From assembly GCA_030704615.1 (NCBI GenBank), contig CM060731.1:93434001-93498000 (forward strand): DNA of 64,000 bases. The letters run 5' to 3'. Shown here one piece after another: positions 1 through 24,730 of this stretch. The notes below the pieces were generated by a model. The model was not told the DNA's origin. It worked only from the letters and a program-made list of their open reading frames with translations, and ran no database searches. Numbering within the stretch: the stretch's first letter is position 1; each line of letters opens with the position of its first letter. Made by a program: the position numbers and the translations under genes. The stretch comes from Takakia lepidozioides (Eukaryota > Plantae > Bryophyta).

Positions 1-627
1 CTCAACCCTCTAGAGTCAACACTCCTGAGGGCAACACCTTTCGTACCCGTAGAATCATATCGTGCTGTGACATCCAAGGTCATTGGTGCTGTCTGTTGCA
101 GATACACATAGTCCCCAGGACTGAATCTCCGAACCCCCGGTCGATATCCTTCTCCACGAATAGTGACATATCTCAATGTGTCTCGGTGTTGGGCAATAGC
201 AAGGTTCTCAAAAACCATAGGCATGACTCTCTTGAACAACTCTGCCCGCTGGTCACACGCTTGTGTCCACACATCTGGATCATCAAGGTTGAGGACTACT
301 GCAGCCTCCTTGCGAATAGATGCAGGCAAATTTGGCTCTCGGCCAAAGATAATGAAATAAGGCGAGAACGAGGCAAGTGATGCTTGCTTGCTAAACCTGA
401 GCCCATGACCAACCAAGGTAGCTGAAGGTCCCAATTTCCCAAGTGTCCCTTCTGCAAACCATACTTGCGCAAGCCCCTCTTGACTGTTTGCACAACCCTC
501 TCTGCTAAGCCATCAGCCTCGGGATGATTCCGAGAAGTAGTACGGTAATCTATCAAGGCTTGCTTACACAAAGCCTGAAATTCCCCAAGAACTCCCTCCC
601 CTAGTCCGTGAGTACCTTGGCTGGAGG
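1..627 (-). mobile_element. Ty3/Gypsy integrase fragment (degenerate), same lineage as the element at 19454-28920
   Basis: ORF 296..571 reads IDYRTTSRNHPEADGLAERVVQTVKRGLRKYG...WDLQLPW (integrase core, catalytic E region). It is nearly identical in protein to 20664..21137 and has frameshifts. Confidence 0.9.
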
Positions 628-1759
628 GCTATGATATAAGTCAGTACCTAACCATCTTACCCTCCCAGTACAAGCTACTTGGTGTATTTTAATAATACTC
701 TTCTCTAATCCCCATTCTGGTTCTGCTGCATATACTATCTTAATTATATTTTTCATCCATTTGGCAAATCAATAAATCTATGAAAAAACTCCTTGGCTAA
801 AACCTGTTCCTCATTTTCGCAGGTAATTTGATTTGGATCAAATCCTTTCAATGTCCATCCTCCATGATCCCACCAGATGTTAGTCACATCCACAAATTCC
901 TCAAGATTTTTTTCAAGATCCCCAGTATGGTCGCCAAATGTTGAACGGTTTTTATGCACCCATCCCTTAGCCAATCTTGGTAGGTATTCTAGATGGGAGG
1001 TATTGGAATACTCTAAGTATTCTTGCCGTTCAGAATCGGTAGACATGACTTATTGCAGATGGTATCACGACGGATTAGTGATGCACAATCTCTCTGGATA
1101 TAACAAGGCTTCATGGCTTAGTGAACTTGGTTATCCTTTACGTAGATAGGGTGGTTCTCCTTGACGAAGATAATACATTGATTATGTGTAAGGGTCTTGA
1201 TTGGCTCCTGCAGCTACAAATCTCTACTTAGTTATTCCTTAGTGTTGATGTTCGTATTCAGGTACAGTCCTAAGTGTGGGATCTCAACATATCCTTTAAT
1301 TATAATCCTCTTTAAGTAACATAAGCATTCACATTACTTAAGCATCCATATTACCAAGCTTAAAGACACATACAGTGGTTCCGAATAAGCATCATCATCT
1401 TTATCAGCTCATAACAGCAATTACAAGGTCCTCTCCCTCATCACGCTCTGTCTAAGTTCAATACACTCTCGAAGAGAGTCCAGGCTGTGTGGAGGAGGCT
1501 AGGCTCTCTAGACCATGCACTTGGAAGGAGTGAATTTGGTAATATTTGCAAAATCAGGTTTCTATTGAGCCTTTTTGCCGGGTACCCGGTGTATGTATGA
1601 TGCATGGACATGATGAACATGAGCATGAGCTGTTATGGGGGCGAAGCAGGGTGACCCTTGCAATCTGCAGAGCGACCCGACCTGCGAGTGCATTCTCACC
1701 GCTGCTTGTCTGTGTTGGGCTCTGTCAAATCCACGCTGCGGAGCTCTGCGCTGCCCGCC

Positions 1760-14069
<12,310 letters not shown>

Positions 14070-16689
14070 GGAAATTTCATGACGTGTGACGGTAATGTTG
14101 TACAACTATTTTTGGAAACAATTTCGTCTCAATTTTTGATTGACAGTCACTCCCTTTTGTCCATTACCGTGTTTGAGCCAAGGACTATTGATCCTAAAGC
14201 TGAAGGGGCCTGTTCCCGCATTTATATCAGGAAGGTATATCCCTTAGGAGGCCTGACATTGACCAGTGCAGCAAATCTATGGTGTTGAGTGCAGTTTTTT
14301 CTCTCCCTCCCCCAGTGTTGTTAGACATCGCACGGCAATCAAGATGCCTGGTTCATGTTCATTTAGAGTTTTGTTGTTGGTATGGCCCGTCTCTTGGTGA
14401 GAAATTTTTTTGTCCTGAAAGTGTATTGCTTTGGATTCGCATAAGAGTAGGGGTCCTGGAGGTGTTGACATAATTTAGATTGGCTTAGATATGGTAACCT
14501 CTTATGGGATTGTACTTAAGTGTAGTTCACCAACTTGTGAGTGGTACAATTTTTTCTAAAACACAGGAAGTTTGTGCGAGAGTTGTAATGTCAATGGACC
14601 CAATCGTGGAAGGGCACAAGAGACAAAGGGTGGTTGGACGTGTGCCTAAGCAAGCTTAAATATGGTGTCTCTTCACTCCAAAGGGCTATTGCCTACCATT
14701 TCAGAAGGTGGAAGAGGGTCCTGAAGGTCATAGTTGCCAAGCTTTCCCACAGCTCATCTTGAAGGGGTAATATTGACTGAATCAATAGATCTAAATTTAT
14801 TCTAGCTATTCTCAAACACAAATGTACTACTGGCAAGGGGTTAATTCTTCCCCCTCCTCTGTAAAGGGCCTGAAATGTAAGCTGTCGCTCCCAGGTTTCC
14901 TTTCGAATGACCCAAACAAAAAGTACTATAGAAGACGCCAGGCAGCACTGCAACAAGGATGGGCAGCGAACCCAGCACAATGGTGCTGCCTGGCATCTTC
15001 AATGGCATTAAGGTGACATTGAACGGTTAGTGGGAAAGTTGGAGAAGTATGAAAATTCTATGCACTAAACTGGCACACAGATGACACAGCATTGCTGCCG
15101 GCCTTGCAAGCTTGGCACTTTCTTGTGGACGGGATGCTCTCAACCAATACTCCACAACTTGAAAGGTGCAGAGAGGAACGGCAGCATCAGAATGCAACTA
15201 CAAATCTGCGTTCAACGTTTGTCCACATTTTCTTATCCTGATGGCATGAAGGGAAAGGTCTCACTTCAAAATATTCGACACTCCAATCTCCTATACTATA
15301 TTTGGAGCTTTTACTCTGTTTGCGCCTGACCATAGAGGCACCTAAACATGACATGGACAAATAGATGATGGTTCATGGTATGACCAGGTGTGGACGTTTA
15401 GGCGACTGTTAGAGCAGCCCGGGCCTTCTGTTATCCTTGTTGTTACTGGGCACAGATTCCCTTGGCAGTTACAGAAGTATGTGTTGCAGGATGGTTTGAA
15501 CCAACCCTGCAAGCACAGATCTCCTGGTTTGAAAACCAGCTATGCACTTTCCACAGTGTGCTGCAATCACATGATAACCTTGGGTCCTAGATCATTTATA
15601 TCTAGTTTGTGAAGTATTTAAAGACTTAATACCCTGAAACCATGTTCAGCCCTTTCAGCATTGACCTTCATATGTCATTCCCTAAAGCATGAGAATAGAG
15701 GTGGACTGTCACTCCAGCCTGTGGACACAACTGAGCTGTAGAACAACCATATTAGGGGCAAGTCATCAAAATCATTCTTGTAAACGAAAGAACACATGCC
15801 TATAGCAGCCTTTGTGAGTGTTAAGTGTACTTTGAAGCTTGGAGAGGGCTGAATTTAAACAACAAATAGGATTCTTCAATGTCACCTCTCAAGTTCTGAA
15901 GCTCACTGTGTACAAACTTCTTCCCCAAGTCACCATTGCAGCACACTTCTTACCTCTCCCTGGTCCTCAGCTGCATATAGCAGACACCATGGTCTCACAC
16001 AAATGTTTGTTTCACCATCATATGCTTAAAATATGGTACCACAGATGTGTTACTAATGAGTGTTATGACACTCTCAAGATGTATTGCTATGCAAAACTCG
16101 ACAAACTTGTTACATACCCATCACAGAGATCTGCTTCAATGCAAGTGACAAATCCTCCTTCATTCTGTCTGATTCACTCTGCACAGTCTGCATCCACCAG
16201 TTTCATCAGTTGCAAGGAGATTATTACAATGTGCATACAAACTAATGGTCATAGCTTCAGAGTTACTGTGATAAATATCATACCTCGATAAATGCTTGCA
16301 TGCTGGACATTGCTTTTTGTTGCCTAGAAAGCTGCCTCAGGAGTCCACGGAATGTAGTCAATGTAGGCAATAATCTAGTTTCCTCAGGTGCAGTGGTAAC
16401 CATCACAGGTTAGCAGTACTATTGACGGATGATAGATGTAAGACACAAGGAGAGGTAAGCACATAGACAGGAAGAGCAGCATTCATGATTGACACAAGAA
16501 AGCAGGAGATGCCCATCCCTGCTTATGAGTGGCACACAAATGGATGTGTAGTGAGGAGCCAAAGAATACCCCAACTTGAAGGTGACATGAAATAGCCAAC
16601 AATAACAGCCTTGGCGATGTCCAACAGAATGAGAAGCTAACAAAAACGAAACAATCAAGTAGTTTTGGATGATGATGGCAACACTCAAC

Positions 16690-18513
16690 GAAATTCACAT
16701 CTGACCTCATCTTGAAGAGCTTTCTCCCTGTGATTTAAAGCTTTCAATTCTTCCATGAGCTCCTGCCCAAAACCATGTCCATGGTAAGGCCACTCATAGT
16801 TAACAGGCATGCAGACAGAAGATCTGGACACCTTCATTATGAATGAAAGATATAAGCAGGCTATGCAAGCTCAGTGGTCTCGGTAACCAGACACCATCCT
16901 GGAGTTGGCTTTGAAGCACAACAATCAAGTCCAGCAACACAAGGTAGATAGTTCAATTTGAAAATGGTCACAATACAAGACCTTACAGTGGGGAACAACG
17001 AGAATGCTTTTTACCTTGGTAGCAGCGTCTTCAACAGTCAATCTCTTCTGACGGCTTTTGACCATGAAATTGTCATCACTGTGTTGCTGAAGTAGCAGTT
17101 GACCTGTAAGTGAAGGATTCTCATTGCAAAGGCTCCTTTCTCTGGTTGTTGCTCCAGTGGGCAATGTCCAGCCATACTTGGCCCTCACTGTGGGATCCAT
17201 TGAACTTTGCAAATCACTCTGTTCAGTTGCCCTTAATTCACAAGCTGAGTGAGCTGGTTCTTTGAAGGGTAATGCCACATAACTTATGGATGAATATTTG
17301 GAGCATATATTGTCAGGGGAACAAGCTTGTGCCGTCCAGCAGCTGCCTTGACCGTTGACTGCCTTTGGAGGACTTTTGTTGGCTATGGCTTTCACATCAT
17401 CTGGTTTCTGCATTTTGGAAACAGATCCAGAGTTGTATGTGTCCTTACTGAGGCCGGTCATGGGGTGGCTTCCGAACTCAGGTCTCACACGAACAATTGA
17501 AAAGGAACATGGATAATTATGAGTGAGCCTTTTAAACTGAAGCAAGCAGTGCATGTCCAGCCCCTGCATCAATGGCCCATCAATGTGTTTAGAATAAAAC
17601 AATACAGATACTTGAATGAAAGTAAAGAGCTGATGAGATTGCAACTTGCAACCTCTTTGGTACAATATGTAGAATATGCTACATCTGCATGAATAAATGC
17701 ATTATAAAATCCATCCTTTCTTGTTGCAGCCATGATAGTCTTTAACAAACAAACATACCTCTATCAAGTCAGCTGACTTGACAAGGTACTCCTCCCTAAC
17801 ACCAATTGTCCTGCAAACTTTCAGGAACACATGTATGCTGTCCAAAGCCTTTTCCATCTGAAGTTTTGCTGGTTGCCCTCCATGCACTTTATCTGAGTGA
17901 AGTGCTCGAACTGCAGCCGTCATTTCTGGCACTGATGCTTCTGCAAGCTTTAGGAGCATTTCTCCATCAGCAAGCACCTGCATCGGAAGTCCAAAACCGA
18001 ACACACAAAGGTGTTTCTCGAAGAATTGTTTTGGGGCATGATAAACAAGACCTAAGAAGATTCCGGTCCATCATCAACAACACCTAAAACAAATTTACCT
18101 CATGAAGGATATTCTGAACATCATTGTCATCGCAATGTCATATGGCAGAGACCCAGGAATCCACTGTAATTGCCATAGCACCTGATTGCATTATTCCAGT
18201 CATGGATGGAGCAAATTTCTATGGACGCTACAAATGACAGCCGATATTCTAACATATCAGCTTGTGCATTCAGGTGTATTACGCTAAGCTGTTTGTCAAA
18301 AGAGCGAGTAACCAGGGATATGGCACATCAGTACGGGATTGGGGAAATAGTTCTTCCTCCTAATACCTTAGCAATATGAGTTGCATCGGGGGTGAAGACC
18401 ATCCCTGTTTTCTCATGGATCCATTGCACCAATTCTTGGAACACCGACTCATCTGTTGTTGGCTGAGATAGGTGGGCTTTAAGCAGATCGGCACATTGGC
18501 TTGGCTGGTCCAT
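16690..18513 (-). CDS. Calponin-homology (CH)-like domain protein, multi-exon; 3' extent uncertain (possibly to ~14693)
   Basis: Exon-like segments ELVQWIHEKTG (18328-18513) and VLADGEMLLKLAE...KALDSIHVFLKVCRTIGVREEYLVKSADLIE (~17759-17977) follow the CH-domain pattern, with GT/AG borders. A coiled-coil-like exon lies at ~16700-16765. The phase of the small exon at ~18099-18180 could not be resolved cleanly. Confidence 0.5.
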
Positions 18514-19453
18514 TATGGGCGGATGTGATATAGAGATACAAATCGCCAGCTCGGAAAGAAATTACTTTCCAATTCGCGACCTCTCCAGTGATTCAAGTAC
18601 AAAATCGAAATGATTATTGCCAATTGCCTCTCTTATGGCGTAATCTGAAGTAGAACTCTCTTCTGAAATCCCTGCAGAAACAGTTGACCCCACTCTCTAA
18701 ATTCTAGAAGGCCAGCACACAGTCAGCGAGCAAGTTACTGAGTATCAGAGAAACGTCTTGAGATATTCACTTGAGAACATCATTGCGGAAGTCCATTGAC
18801 AAAAACCTCTGAACATATTTCTCAGCTTCACGAATCGAAATATTATCTAGTGCTCTAAATCTGAGACCGAATTGGACAGAAGAACCATCGGGAAAGAGCG
18901 GGGATGCATAACTTGACCAGCAGAGCTTCCTCTACGCTTAATAATCAACTACATAACAGAATAAACTAGACATTAATCAAGGCGTATCAGTCTCGTACTC
19001 CACGACAATAAGCAGAGAGCAGCCTGAGACAAATAGACTTGCAAATGGACCTAGAGCAGATGCAACGTGTGGAAGCCCACGTACGTAGTAAGGACTCCAT
19101 AACATTCACGTCCTCACATAAAGATCCGGTTTGCCTTGGGGCCCTGCTACTCTGCATGGATGAGAGAATTTCGTCATGTACACTATGGACAGCGTTGTGT
19201 GCTACTGGATGATAAATCGCACTCATTCGTTAACCCAACCTCTTTGCCTTTCAAGAACCTACGAATCAAGGTAAGGGACCCTACTACCGCGCATTTGTTT
19301 TTTATTTTATTTTTTTAACAGAACAGGGGATATCCAAGGTGGAGATTGTTTTTTCCAAGTGGCATCCGGCTTCAATGTAAACTGGGGAAAAACGGTGGCT
19401 GTGTTGGTTGGGGATAGATCCAAGTCAGAGATCGGGGACAACCCTGTTTGGGG

Positions 19454-19983
19454 TGTCGTGCGCATACATATCGCTACACAACTACATCGCTGTCCAAACC
19501 ACACCACACATATATGCACAATAAAGTAGTCTACCACAATGATAAGAAAACTAGAAAACACACTGCTCACACCAGAAACAACATGAATCCATCGCTATCA
19601 CTCTTTAAAACAGAAGTCGAGCCAGGGGCACCCCAAGCTATGGGGACTCCACCCCACAACAACCTACACTCCCATCATAAGCACACTCAAATCTAAACGC
19701 ATGAAGGAGCTCGGTCGCGCAGGCTCAACTCGAGAGAGAGATGAGCTGCGCGACTGCCGCTCTCGTGAAGATAAGACGGACCAGGTGTCAAACTAAACTT
19801 GACACCTGATTTAACACTTGACCTAAATCCAAGTGTTAAATACAAATAACTAGTTTTATTCTAGTTGTTTTCACACTGTGCTTATTTAACTTGACAGCTG
19901 TCGTGCGCATACATATCGCTACACAACTACATCGCTGTCCAAACCACACCACACATATATGCACAATAAAGTAGTCTACCACA
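19454..19983 (-). repeat. 3' LTR region with the same 85-bp TG...CA block at both ends (19454-19538 and 19899-19983)
   Basis: The direct repeat is visible in the sequence and begins right after the polypurine tract (minus-strand agctaggggggcg). Confidence 0.8.
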
Positions 19984-20251
19984 ATCGCCCCCCTAGCTGG
20001 TGGATAGGTCCCTCTACCTCCAGATAGCTACAAGATGTAATAGCCACAGCCGTACTAAGTCCTCTATCACTGTCCCTATCGTGCTCAAACTCTATCAACC
20101 AAGAGGCCGGGTACAAGAGTAGCCCCATCGTTAGTCGTCATCTTGCAATCTGTGAACTTGAGCCAAGATCTCGTGTGTTCAAGGTCTCCTAGTAGCTGGG
20201 CCTTGCGTTCTTGTTAGCCTTCCATGGTTGTATCCACTTCCACTATCCAAT

Positions 20252-20385
20252 GCAATGTGGACATAACCAATCCCCATCCGGAACCATCTCAAGAGGTGGA
20301 GTCAAGCATCCATATGCCAACCTCTAGAGCACCGATCACACACCAGCATGGTGGCTGCCCCTTTAGTAGACCCACACAACATGCA
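20252..20385 (-). pseudogene. PHD finger at the C-terminus of Gypsy integrase
   Basis: Minus strand reads CMLC GSTKGAATMLV CDRC SRGW H M(G) C LTPPLEMVPDGDWL CPHC, a C4HC3 pattern with one frameshift. Confidence 0.85.
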
Positions 20386-22799
20386 CCTCAAACCTGCAGA
20401 TACCACTGCCAGGTTTGGATCAATCCTGCCATCGACATTCGAAGGTGACATGGCGCACAATTACGCACATGGTCCTTCCAAGTTATGCCATCCCGACCCT
20501 CCAAGACCAAGACGCCTGAGGGCAAGACCTCTCGAACCCTCAAAATAACACGTCCTGCAGTCACATCCAGGGTTGTAGGAGCAGTCTGCTGCAGATAGAC
20601 ATAGTCACCAGGGTTGAATCTCCGAACCCAGGACGATAGCCCCACCACGTATGGTAGCATACCTCAACGTATCACGGTGTTGTGCAATGGCAAGGTTTTC
20701 GAAAGCCATAGGCATGACTCTCTTGAACAACTCTGCACGCTGCTCACATGCACGTGCCTACACGTCGGATCGTCAAGGTTAAGAACTGTAGCAGCTTCTC
20801 TGCGAATGGATGTAGGCAAATCCGGCTCTCGGCCAAAGAGAAGAAAGTATGGTGAGAAGGAGGCGAGTGATGCTTGCTTGCTGAACCTGTAGCCCATGGC
20901 TAACCAGGGTAACTGAAGGTCCCAATCTCCTAGGTGTCCCTTCTGCAAGCCATACTTGCGCAAACCCCTCTTTACTGTCTGAACAACTCTATCTGCCAAG
21001 CCATCGGCCTCAGGATGATCCCGAGAAGTGGTGCGGTGGTCTATCAAGGCCTTGTCACACAACGCCTGAAACTCCCCAAGAACTCTCTCCCTGGTCCGTG
21101 AGTACCTCAGCTGGAGCACCGAATCGGCTAAGCACACAATCCAAGAAGCATACGCAGCTCCTCACTAGCCTTATCAGGCAATGGAACCAATTCAATCCAC
21201 TTGGAGAAGTGCTCCACCATCACCAACACGTACTTGTTGTGGCGCATGGTCAGTGGCAACGGCCCTGCGAAGTCAAGACTCCACCTGTAGCCCAATCCAT
21301 GATCGGAAGAGGGTGCAATTGTGGAGTAGGGGCGTTGAATGAAGCACGCACCCTGTCACACACCATGCACCTAGCCACAAATTGTTGCACCTCTGTGTGC
21401 ATACCACGCCACCAATACTGCCCCTGCAGTAGACTATGAGTGCGTCGCACCCCAAAATGCCCCAACTCCTCATGGGCATGGCGCACTAACCGTGCCCGCT
21501 GTGTTGGGTGAGGCACAGTCCTCACTCGACCATCCTCCCACACTCGGAGCAGGTGTGTCCCCACCCACTTGAACCTCTTGGCTCATTGTAGGATCCGATC
21601 CCTCTCCTTGGCAGTCACAGTGGCTGCCGTGTCTCCAGTGCGGAGGTAGTCCAACACAACTGAATCCTCATGTATATCTTGGCGCCACCTTGCTCATTGC
21701 TGGCCTCAGGGTCCTCAGATACTTGATCTACAGTCATCCCTGTTGCAGGTCCAACCTAGCCTTCCGCTGCCAAGATACACAGAAATGCAGATGCATGCCA
21801 TCCGGGCACCATCTCCTTGTCTGTCTCACCATGCCACCGAGCTCCAGTGTCATCCTGTTGGCTCGTGCATGGATTGCGACTCAACCCATCTGCATTGCGA
21901 TTGACCAAAACCCGGTCGATGCACCACCTGAAAGTCATACTCTTGAAGGATGAGTGCCCACCGTGCAAGCTTCCCCGTAAGCTTGTCTGACTCCATCAAC
22001 CATTTGAGTGGTTGGTGATCCGTGACAAGGGTGAAGAGATTGCCGTATAGATAGCACCTGAAGTGTGCCACGGCCCACACTGCAGCTAAGCATTCTCCCT
22101 CATATGAGCTATACTTAGACTCTGCAGTGTTGTTTGAGCGGCTAGCATAAGCCACTACGAACTCTCTTCCCTCATCATCCACCTGTATGAGCACCGCTCC
22201 AAGCCCCAGCATGCTCCAATCTGTATGCAGCTGAAAAGGACGCCCCCTGATAGGTCGCCTCAAGATGGGCGCCGAGGTCAACCTCGCCTTGAGCTCTTGA
22301 AAAGCTTGTTCTTGCTCATCTTCCCACTGCCACTCTTGGTCCACCTTGGTCAGCTTGGTTAGAGCCTTTGCAATGGCACTAAATCCTTAACAAACCGTCT
22401 GTAATAGTTTGCTAACCCCATGAAAGCTCGAACTCGGCTCACATCCGTGGGGCGTGGAACCTGTGCAATGGACTCTACCTTAGTCTGTTGTACCCCCAAT
22501 CCTCCAGGATATATCATGTGACCCAGATACTCAATCTGGTTGTGAAAAAACTTGCACTTTCCCGGATGTAACTTCAATCCGTGCGCCCTCAAGCGCTCAA
22601 ATACCCCCTGAAGGTGTCTCTCATGCTCCTCCACCGTAGCACTAAAGATGATGATGTCATCTATGTAGCACCGAGCAAACTCCACCCCTGCTAGAATCCT
22701 GTCCATGACTCTTTGAAACTCAGCGGGAGCGTTTTTAAGCCCAAATGGTAAGAACCGCCACTGGTATAGGCAATCCTTCCCGTGCTCATTGATCCCCCA

Positions 22800-23300
22800 G
22801 AGAGTGGGGAGGTCACTTCATCTTCTGCGGAGTTAGTGGAAGGTGTAGTGGCAGAGGGATCCTCGGATTTGAGGGTCAAGACTGCCACGGCTGCGCCCTG
22901 GCAAGCTGCAGCTGCCAGGTTGACGGAGCTGCCAGCTAGGCCAGCCTTGAGCGCGCCATGGTGACACCTGGAGTTGTCTTGTTAGACAACCAGGGAGGCA
23001 TTTTCACTTTGAGTGGACCGCAGCAGGCAAGAAGTACCGGCCACTGCGGGTCTTGTTGGACTCGGGAGCTCAGCCACTGATGTGGGCAGAGTGCTATTGC
23101 AGGTTTGGGCCTCATGGAGGCGGATATGGAGCCTTGTCCTTTCCAGATACAGACATCTCTGGGAGGATCAGAGCAGGCTCGGGGCATGACACGACATCAG
23201 TTGGCCATTAGACTACAGCCGGATCATCCTATCGATGGTCAGTAATGCGAGCCAAGGCCATTGTGACAGACGCGGGTCTCTTACGATGTCCTCGTGGGTG
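22800..23300 (+). pseudogene. Retroviral-type aspartic protease of the Gypsy element (within an inverted block)
   Basis: VLLDSGAQPLM at ~23050-23082. Confidence 0.75.
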
Positions 23301-23758
23301 GGGCAGTGTTATACCCATGGGCTTCACCCTAGACTTTGGAGGAGTCAGCATCCTATAGGCCTGGATGGCAGTCAGGCGATGGTTGCCGTGCACAGCTCCC
23401 TGTGACATTCATTGGGGGTTATAGCGCTGCCCCCCAGCGGGGCAAGATGCCAACACTAGCCGCCTTTACAGCTGCAGTTAGTTGGCCTGGAGAGTTGCTG
23501 GAAGGCAATGCCCATGCAGAAGATGTGCCACCTCCAGCAGAACAGGATGACATGCATGGTATGGCAGAGTTGCCTGCCATGGTTGCTCACACTCCATTGT
23601 GGGGTACGAGCAAGGATTAGGATTTGAGCAGGTTGCTGATCGACGGGTGCAACAAGACTGGGTAGAGGCTTTTGTACCGTCAGGAGAGGAGGAGGAGTGC
23701 GGGTATTTCAGTTGTCACCATTGGATACCACACCTATTGTGTGGCAGTATCGGATAAA

Positions 23759-24730
23759 GGCATTTGCCTTCTGGACTTGTTTGGCGGAGGAATCAGCACC
23801 GGATTGGCTGCAGTGCTACAGGCAGGTGTGTGCGGGTAAGGCGTTACCTGTATGTGGAGAGGGATGAGACTGCACGACGCGTCTCACTGCGCCATGTGGC
23901 TCAGTTGGTACAGCAGTACCCTGACTTGTTGCTGTGTCTGCAGTTCGTGGATACCAACAAGCCTTGCAGCAGACATTCTTTGTTGGGGGCGCAAGATTTG
24001 GAGCAGGTTGGCTCCATTGATCTCGTAAGTGGCAGGTTGGCCCTGCCAAGGGCATTCATCAGCGTGCTGGCAATGGATTGCGAGACTCGAGGACGGGTCT
24101 GTTTTGGGAGATGGTTGGGTGTTTTGCGACACTTGCAGCTTCATCAAGCTGTATCTCCAGCTACATCTTGGAGAAGTGCCACTGATGGGTGTTCTCGGGC
24201 CAGGGTGATGGCCAGTGTGCATCAAGTCCGGTCGTGGCTTGGGTCAGCAGTGCTGCTGGATGCAGCTGCAGTGGGATCACGGCTCATCGTCCACGGCTTT
24301 GGTGGACTAACTTGATGCCACCCGCCACTGCTCAAGCGTGCATTTGATGGGGTGCAGCGGCCAGCACACCTCACCGTGGATGGCATTTTGGACACAGGAA
24401 GGCAGTCTCAACGTGTGAGACACGATGACCGTTCGCCTTTGGCAGTGGTCAACAGGGTGGGTCAACCACGAGCAGCATTACCTACACTGCTCAGCTTCCC
24501 AGGATCCCATGCTTTTCGGGATGGTGGACCTGGCCTCCTGTGGGATGCTCAGTTGCAACAGTTAGTGGAGCCTAATGCCGACGAGCGCGAGCGGGCTATG
24601 GGGTTTTCCACTGGGACCACGGCGGTGCCTTCTCTTTCTGAGGCATCACGTCGTCAGGTGTTGGGGCAAGCAATGGATCTCAATTGCTTGACCTGGATTA
24701 TCAGCTTGGCTATGGCTGAGCAACGTAGAG
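23759..24730 (+). pseudogene. C5 cytosine DNA methyltransferase domain embedded in Gypsy Pol (frameshifted)
   Basis: Motifs in order: I LLDLFGG (~23768-23790), II YVE, IV GWPCQG (24035-24052), VI YILE(N)VP (~24162-24181), VIII AHRPRLWWTN (~24282-24311), IX ERERAMGF, X RRQVLGQAMD. Confidence 0.9.

Noticed and set aside
630-1440. AT-rich segment with a 97-aa ORF (753..1046) as a viral or gag remnant
   Set aside because: No recognisable motif, so it cannot be supported from the sequence alone.
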